64,000 bases of DNA from a virus (Duplodnaviria; Caudoviricetes): positions 1,102 through 65,101 of the IMG/VR virus record IMGVR_UViG_3300023174_000163; one strand, written 5' to 3'. Below the pieces are notes generated by a model. That model saw only the letters and a program-made list of their open reading frames with translations, had not been told where the DNA came from and ran no database searches. This document shows, in pieces, positions 59,239 to 64,000 of the stretch. Positions within the stretch are counted from its first letter, which is position 1; every line of letters begins with the position of its first letter. The position numbers and the translations under genes are program-made.

Positions 59239-59540
59239 TATGAAATCTCCAATCCACTAATATGAAATGAAACAGTGACTGCACTTGCAAATCCAGCAAT
59301 AATTTTAGTTGTTGTTAAAACTTGTTTCAGGCTAAAAGTTGCTGTTGAATTAGCAGCAATTGCCACTGTTTTTAATAAATCTACACCGTCAAGTGTAATT
59401 GTAAATGTTGCTGCTGATGCTGCAGAATTACATACTGCAATATCTGTTATGACAGTAGTTGTGCTTGACGGTACTGTATACAGTGTTGTAGATGATGTTG
59501 CTGCTGCTGTACGAGCCAGCGCTTTTGCTGTATTTGCCAT
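59238..59540 (-). CDS. Small beta-rich virion protein
   Basis: TTLYTVPSSTT, VCN, SFHISGLEI. Confidence 0.65.
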   Translation of the reverse strand: MANTAKALARTAAATSSTTLYTVPSSTTTVITDIAVCNSAASAATFTITLDGVDLLKTVAIAANSTATFSLKQVLTTTKIIAGFASAVTVSFHISGLEIS

Positions 59541-60169
59541 TAGTATGCCCCCATAATTAATGCTATATCTTGATTAGCATTTAAATTTGTTATTTCTGCC
59601 TGTGTATATGTATTTACTGAGTTTAAATTAGTTACTGTTACTACCTCTATTATATCATTAACCGCCGCCCCAGATGCTAGGGTAATTGTATTTGAATTAG
59701 AAGTTGTATAGTCGGTGGTGCGAAGTAAAAGCATTCCATTAAAGAATACCTGCTCATATCCATCTATAAATGAAACGTCAGTAGTAAATACTGTTTGTGC
59801 TGCAGTAGCAGTAAATGCCTGTCTGCGAATAATATTTGTATCAAATGCTACATCTGTAGAATCAGAGTCAATCCATACTTGTCCAGTAACTGGAGAAGAT
59901 GGTTCAGATGTTTGATAAGCTGTAGCTAAGACCTGATTCCATTGTGTAGTTGTGCCATTTGTCTGAAGGTAGTAATTTATGTTACCCGTTTGAAGCGGTA
60001 GCAGGGCATTTAAGGCATTTCCAGCGGTTGTCTGTCCTGTTCCACCCTCTGTAATTGCAAGGGTGGCAGAGGAGCTTATGACGCCAGATGAATCAGTTTT
60101 AACAATTCCCGCTGTAGACAGTGAGGGAACAACTAGTCCATTTTTTACCTTAAAGTCTTTATTAGACAT
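59540..60169 (-). CDS. Fibre/adaptor protein with KDFKVK N-terminus
   Basis: GGTGQTTAGNALNALLP; FTATAAQTVF..VFFNG..DYT..ITL domain. Confidence 0.7.
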   Translation of the reverse strand: MSNKDFKVKNGLVVPSLSTAGIVKTDSSGVISSSATLAITEGGTGQTTAGNALNALLPLQTGNINYYLQTNGTTTQWNQVLATAYQTSEPSSPVTGQVWIDSDSTDVAFDTNIIRRQAFTATAAQTVFTTDVSFIDGYEQVFFNGMLLLRTTDYTTSNSNTITLASGAAVNDIIEVVTVTNLNSVNTYTQAEITNLNANQDIALIMGAY

Positions 60170-60179
60170 TAATTACTCC

Positions 60180-63074
60180 TTAAAGTGCTATTTTACTGAA
60201 TTTTGCTGTTACGTTTGTGCTTGAAGCATCTGTTACAGTTACCTGTAATATTGCATTTGTTGAAGATACTGAAGCTGCTACAACTACACCTGTCATTGTT
60301 CCGCCAGTTTCTGTAATTGCAAACTCTGTCATATCTACAGATGTTCCGTCAGTTTGAACAAGGACCTTAGATGTTCTAATCTTTGATCCTTGTTTTAATG
60401 AAACCATATATTCAATTGATGTAAATGCTGATAATGCTGTAGTATCTACAGTAGTTGCAGTATTTGCTGAAATTGCTGAAGCTGTTGTAGTTGAAATTGG
60501 AACTACTAATGTTCCCCATGATGATGTTGTTCCATCTGTAGTTAAATATTTACCTGAATTTCCAGTTTGAGTTGGAACTACATATGCAGTTGAATCAGTT
60601 GCAACTAATGTTTTGGATGATGGAATTGTTGTTCCGTTTATGCTAGTAGCTGTTGCTACACCAAGAACTGGTGTTACAAGAGTAGGGGTAGTAGAAAATA
60701 CTAAGTTACCAGTACCTGTTTCATCAGTTACGGCAGAAATAAGGTTTGCACTAGATGGAGTTCCAAGGAATGTGGCAATTCCAGTTCCAAGTGAAGTAAT
60801 ACCAGTACCACCATTAGCTACTGGTAATGTACCAGTTACACCTGTTGTAAGTGGTAATCCAGTTGTATTTGTTAATACACCAGATGCTGGAGTTCCAAGA
60901 GCTGGGGTTACAAGAGTAGGAGATGTAGCAAATACTAGAGCTCCTGAACCTGTTTCATCAGATATGACTCCAGCTAATTCAGAAGAAGTTGTTGCTGCAT
61001 GTACTGATAATTTATCTGTAGTAACTACCAAAGTCTTGCTTGATGGAATAGTTGTTGAGTTAATTGTTAGTCCAGCAACATTTGAAACTGTAGAACCAGA
61101 TGCAATTGAAGTTGATCCAAGAGTTGGAGCTAAATATCCTGAAACAGTACCCCAAGAAAGGGCTCCTGCTCCATCTGTTGTAAGGTATTTCCCAGAGTTA
61201 GATGCTTGTGCTGGAAGTAATGCTGCCGCTGCAGTAGATGCAGTGGTTGCTCCAGTACCACCATTAGTAATTGGAAGGGTTCCAGAAACATCGCTAGCAA
61301 GTCTTACTGTTAAAGTATTATCTGCTCCATTAATTGTTTTATTTGTTAATGTTTGAGCAGTTGTCTTATCTACAGTTGTTGCTGTATCAATTGCAAGTGT
61401 TCCTGGTGATGTTTCTGTTAAGCCAGTTCCTGCAGCAATTGCCTTTGCAGCATTAAATGCTACATAAGTTACATTTGTTGTACCTATAGTAATTGCTGAT
61501 GTATTAGAACAAATATATCCATACCCAGCATTAATTGTACCTTCTATAACTAGACAGAAATCTCCGCCCTTTAATTCTCCATCAGGTGTATTATCAGCAT
61601 CTGCTGCACGAGACCATGCGCCTGATGCTGCTACATATAAACCATTTTCAGTCTGTGTTGTCTGATCTTTAACAAGAACACGGTCTCCAGCAATTACTGA
61701 AACTCCGTCAATTGTTTGTGCTCCGCTTAATGTAATGTTTGCTGTTGTAGCAACCCGTACTGGCTGGTGGAAGTTAAGTCCAGATACAACATTATCTACA
61801 TACAACTTAGTTGCTGCATGTAGATCAGATATTGGTGCTTGAGCCAATGTTACTGTACCAGTAAATGTAGGCGAAGCAATTGGAGCATATGTTGTTCCAG
61901 CAGTTGTAGATGCTAATTTAGCATCTATCTGAGTTTGAATTGCAGATGTTACTCCATCTAGATATCCAATTTCTGTATCTGTTACGCCTGTTACTCTTAA
62001 TTGAATATTTGTTGAATCTACAGTAATTGTATTTGATGCATCATTATATGTTAATCCTGTACCAAGAATTCCACCTATTGCGTCCTGTGCCGCCTCATTA
62101 AAATCTGAAATTGTTGATGCTGTTTGTGAACCTGTGTGATTTGCACGGGCGAGTGGGTCTGTTGCTAATTTAGATAAATCAATTGCTGCTGAAGAAGAAA
62201 TGTCAGCATTTGCAATTGTTCCGTCTAAAATCATTGCAGAAGTAACTGTGCCTGATGGCAATGTTACTGTACCAGTAAATGTTGGTGAAGCAAGAGGAGC
62301 AACTCCAGTTAAAGTATTTGAAGCAATACTAATAGTTTTATTTGTTAATGTTTCTGCGCCTGCAAGTGAGGCTATATCTGCATCGCTAACTGCAGTATTT
62401 AATTGAGCCAGGGTTGAAGTAATTGTATTTGAACCCAATGAAATTGATTTATTAGTAAGAGTATCTGTTGAGTCTTTTAAAACAATTGTTCCTGTTGCAT
62501 CTGGTACTGTAACTGTACGATCTGCTGTAGGTTCTCCTACTACAAGTGTTGTCTCATATGAATCTGCTACTGTGCCTTCAAAAACTATGCTTGCATCAGA
62601 TAAAGATAATCCAGAAACTGTTGGATTTGTTAAAGTTTTGTTTGTTAAAGTATTTGTTGAACTTTCCAATACTACTGTACCAGTAGCATCTGGGAAAGTA
62701 ATTGTTCTATCTGCTGTAGGATCTGTAAATACTACAGTTGTCTCAGATGCATTATCTGTTGTACCTTCAACAATAAATCCTGGACCTAGAATTAATGCAT
62801 TTCCGCTTGCATCCATTTCTACTAACCCGCCCTTGACTCCGACGTCTGTTGTTGGAACATAGTCTCCAAGTGAGCTTGCTAATCCTGCTGGGGTAACATT
62901 AGAATATGCTGAGATGCTGTTCCATGCTGTACCTACTGTGGGGGCAGTAACGGCAGGACCAATTTTAAATTTACCTGTGTCTGTCTCTATACCCATTTCA
63001 CCTGGGTAAAGTAGTGGATTGTTTGAGCTCCAGTTACCAGATGTATCTTTTCTTAATTGAATTCTAATTGCCAT
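60180..63074 (-). CDS. Long fibre protein with Mtd-N-like N-terminus
   Basis: [29 protein letters not shown]; TLTNKT repeats; [13 protein letters not shown]...GDRVLVKDQ...NGLY domain. Confidence 0.82.
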   Translation of the reverse strand: MAIRIQLRKDTSGNWSSNNPLLYPGEMGIETDTGKFKIGPAVTAPTVGTAWNSISAYSNVTPAGLASSLGDYVPTTDVGVKGGLVEMDASGNALILGPGFIVEGTTDNASETTVVFTDPTADRTITFPDATGTVVLESSTNTLTNKTLTNPTVSGLSLSDASIVFEGTVADSYETTLVVGEPTADRTVTVPDATGTIVLKDSTDTLTNKSISLGSNTITSTLAQLNTAVSDADIASLAGAETLTNKTISIASNTLTGVAPLASPTFTGTVTLPSGTVTSAMILDGTIANADISSSAAIDLSKLATDPLARANHTGSQTASTISDFNEAAQDAIGGILGTGLTYNDASNTITVDSTNIQLRVTGVTDTEIGYLDGVTSAIQTQIDAKLASTTAGTTYAPIASPTFTGTVTLAQAPISDLHAATKLYVDNVVSGLNFHQPVRVATTANITLSGAQTIDGVSVIAGDRVLVKDQTTQTENGLYVAASGAWSRAADADNTPDGELKGGDFCLVIEGTINAGYGYICSNTSAITIGTTNVTYVAFNAAKAIAAGTGLTETSPGTLAIDTATTVDKTTAQTLTNKTINGADNTLTVRLASDVSGTLPITNGGTGATTASTAAAALLPAQASNSGKYLTTDGAGALSWGTVSGYLAPTLGSTSIASGSTVSNVAGLTINSTTIPSSKTLVVTTDKLSVHAATTSSELAGVISDETGSGALVFATSPTLVTPALGTPASGVLTNTTGLPLTTGVTGTLPVANGGTGITSLGTGIATFLGTPSSANLISAVTDETGTGNLVFSTTPTLVTPVLGVATATSINGTTIPSSKTLVATDSTAYVVPTQTGNSGKYLTTDGTTSSWGTLVVPISTTTASAISANTATTVDTTALSAFTSIEYMVSLKQGSKIRTSKVLVQTDGTSVDMTEFAITETGGTMTGVVVAASVSSTNAILQVTVTDASSTNVTAKFSKIAL

Positions 63075-63075
63075 T

Positions 63076-63375
63076 TTATGCTGTTCCCCCATCTATTGAA
63101 TCATTAAATTCTGTTGTTGCTCCCCCGCCATTTATTGAAACTACATAGTCAGTATTTGTTGCGTAATTTCCATAATCAACGGTTCTAATTCCTCCATCTG
63201 TGTAGTGTGTATGGTCCAAAATTTCTTTTGGACCAGCCACATCATACCAAATTTCTCCGTTATATGCCTTAATAGTTCTTTCTTCTGTATTATAATACAT
63301 TTGCCCAGTTACTGGAGAGGCAGGCGCTGTGGCCATATTAACCAATACTATCGGAGTTAAGAACTTTTTAGCCAT
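63076..63375 (-). CDS. Small virion-associated protein
   Basis: [13 protein letters not shown] motif, IDGG end. Confidence 0.6.
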   Translation of the reverse strand: MAKKFLTPIVLVNMATAPASPVTGQMYYNTEERTIKAYNGEIWYDVAGPKEILDHTHYTDGGIRTVDYGNYATNTDYVVSINGGGATTEFNDSIDGGTA

Positions 63376-63379
63376 GTTA

Positions 63380-64000
63380 TTATGCCTGTACTACTACTCT
63401 GTATGTTTCTCCTGAAACAGGAGCTACTGCAAATCCAATTGTTACATCGGATGTAGTTATTCTTGTAATATCTGTCTCAACCTTAGCACCAGTTGCTACT
63501 TCATACACAGATACTTGAATGTCTAATGTTCCAAGACCGTGTGTGATTGCAAAGTCAGTTGTGGAATATGGTGACGATGGTGTGATAGTAGTTGCATACT
63601 TACGTACAACAACTGATGTATCAATTGCTACATCATCAGCATTTACTGTAATACCAGTTCCAGCTCCAACTGCAAATGTTGTTCCAGTTAGAGTAAGACC
63701 TGCGCCTCCAGCATATGTTCCAGCTCCTGAGAACTGTGTGAATGTCAGCGCTGTAGTACCTAGTGTTATTGCATCATCTGTTGTAAGAACCCAGCCAGTG
63801 TTTCCATTAGCTGTACCTTCTGATACGAAGGTGAATAGACCAGCGGTAACTTCTGCGCTTACATTTGCATCTGCTGCACGAGCAGGTGCTCCAGAAGAAG
63901 CAACTACGTAGATACCGTTTTCTGCGCCAGTTCCTTGATTCTTAACAAGAATTCTGTCTCCAGTAACAAGTGTTACTCCATCTACAACATCGCCATTTTC
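63380..64000 (-). CDS. Tail-fibre-like protein (5' part outside window)
   Basis: Not in ORF track; ...DGVTLVTGDRILVKNQGTGAENGIY...ITHGLGT...YRVVVQA*; shares domain with 60180 ORF. Confidence 0.8.
   Translation of the reverse strand, partial: ENGDVVDGVTLVTGDRILVKNQGTGAENGIYVVASSGAPARAADANVSAEVTAGLFTFVSEGTANGNTGWVLTTDDAITLGTTALTFTQFSGAGTYAGGAGLTLTGTTFAVGAGTGITVNADDVAIDTSVVVRKYATTITPSSPYSTTDFAITHGLGTLDIQVSVYEVATGAKVETDITRITTSDVTIGFAVAPVSGETYRVVVQA

Noticed and set aside
60180-63074. Diversity-generating retroelement suggested by Mtd-N domain
   Set aside because: No reverse transcriptase, no TR/VR pair with adenine-specific mismatches noticed, no C-type lectin end; Mtd-N is only an anchor domain
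132-63911. All plus-strand ORFs in the track (e.g. 39460..40047, 60613..61356, 31896..32369)
   Set aside because: They lie antisense to well-supported minus-strand genes and reflect codon bias or repeats; no motifs of their own
1-64000. Stop-codon reassignment
   Set aside because: Genes are full length and densely packed under the standard code; TAA, TAG and TGA are all used as stops; the tRNA anticodon UAA reads Leu TTA, not a stop
1-64000. Prophage or integration features
   Set aside because: No integrase, att-like junction or host housekeeping genes in the window; recA and dnaE are in phage context

Overview
A 64-kb segment of a large, AT-rich tailed dsDNA bacteriophage with siphovirus-type morphogenesis and an HK97-fold capsid. 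Every credible gene is on the minus strand; the plus-strand ORFs are antisense shadows. In transcription order (64000 to 1) it contains: (i) a ~21-kb array of modular fibre/adhesin genes (Mtd-N, collagen-like, FN3, C1q-like, LamG and poly-glycine proteins) with interspersed carbohydrate-modifying enzymes; (ii) portal, protease/scaffold, major capsid, neck, tail tube, tail chaperones with a -1 frameshift signal, a 2090-aa tape measure and tail-tip genes; (iii) a replication/recombination module (phosphoesterase, DnaB, primase, SSB, tRNA-Leu, DnaE, MazG, RecA, two resolvase-like nucleases, Cas4-like nuclease); (iv) a methyltransferase/cytidylyltransferase/glycosyltransferase cassette and the terminase genes. 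Gene content and many leaderless sigma-A-type promoters suggest an actinobacterial, possibly freshwater, host (inference). The most interesting candidate system is the fibre array: paired 'anchor/fibre + glycine-rich tip' modules built from shared peptide blocks, including almost proline-free Thr/Gln collagens, plus phage-encoded glycosylation and methylation enzymes that may decorate them. All family assignments come from motif recognition by eye; no searches were run.
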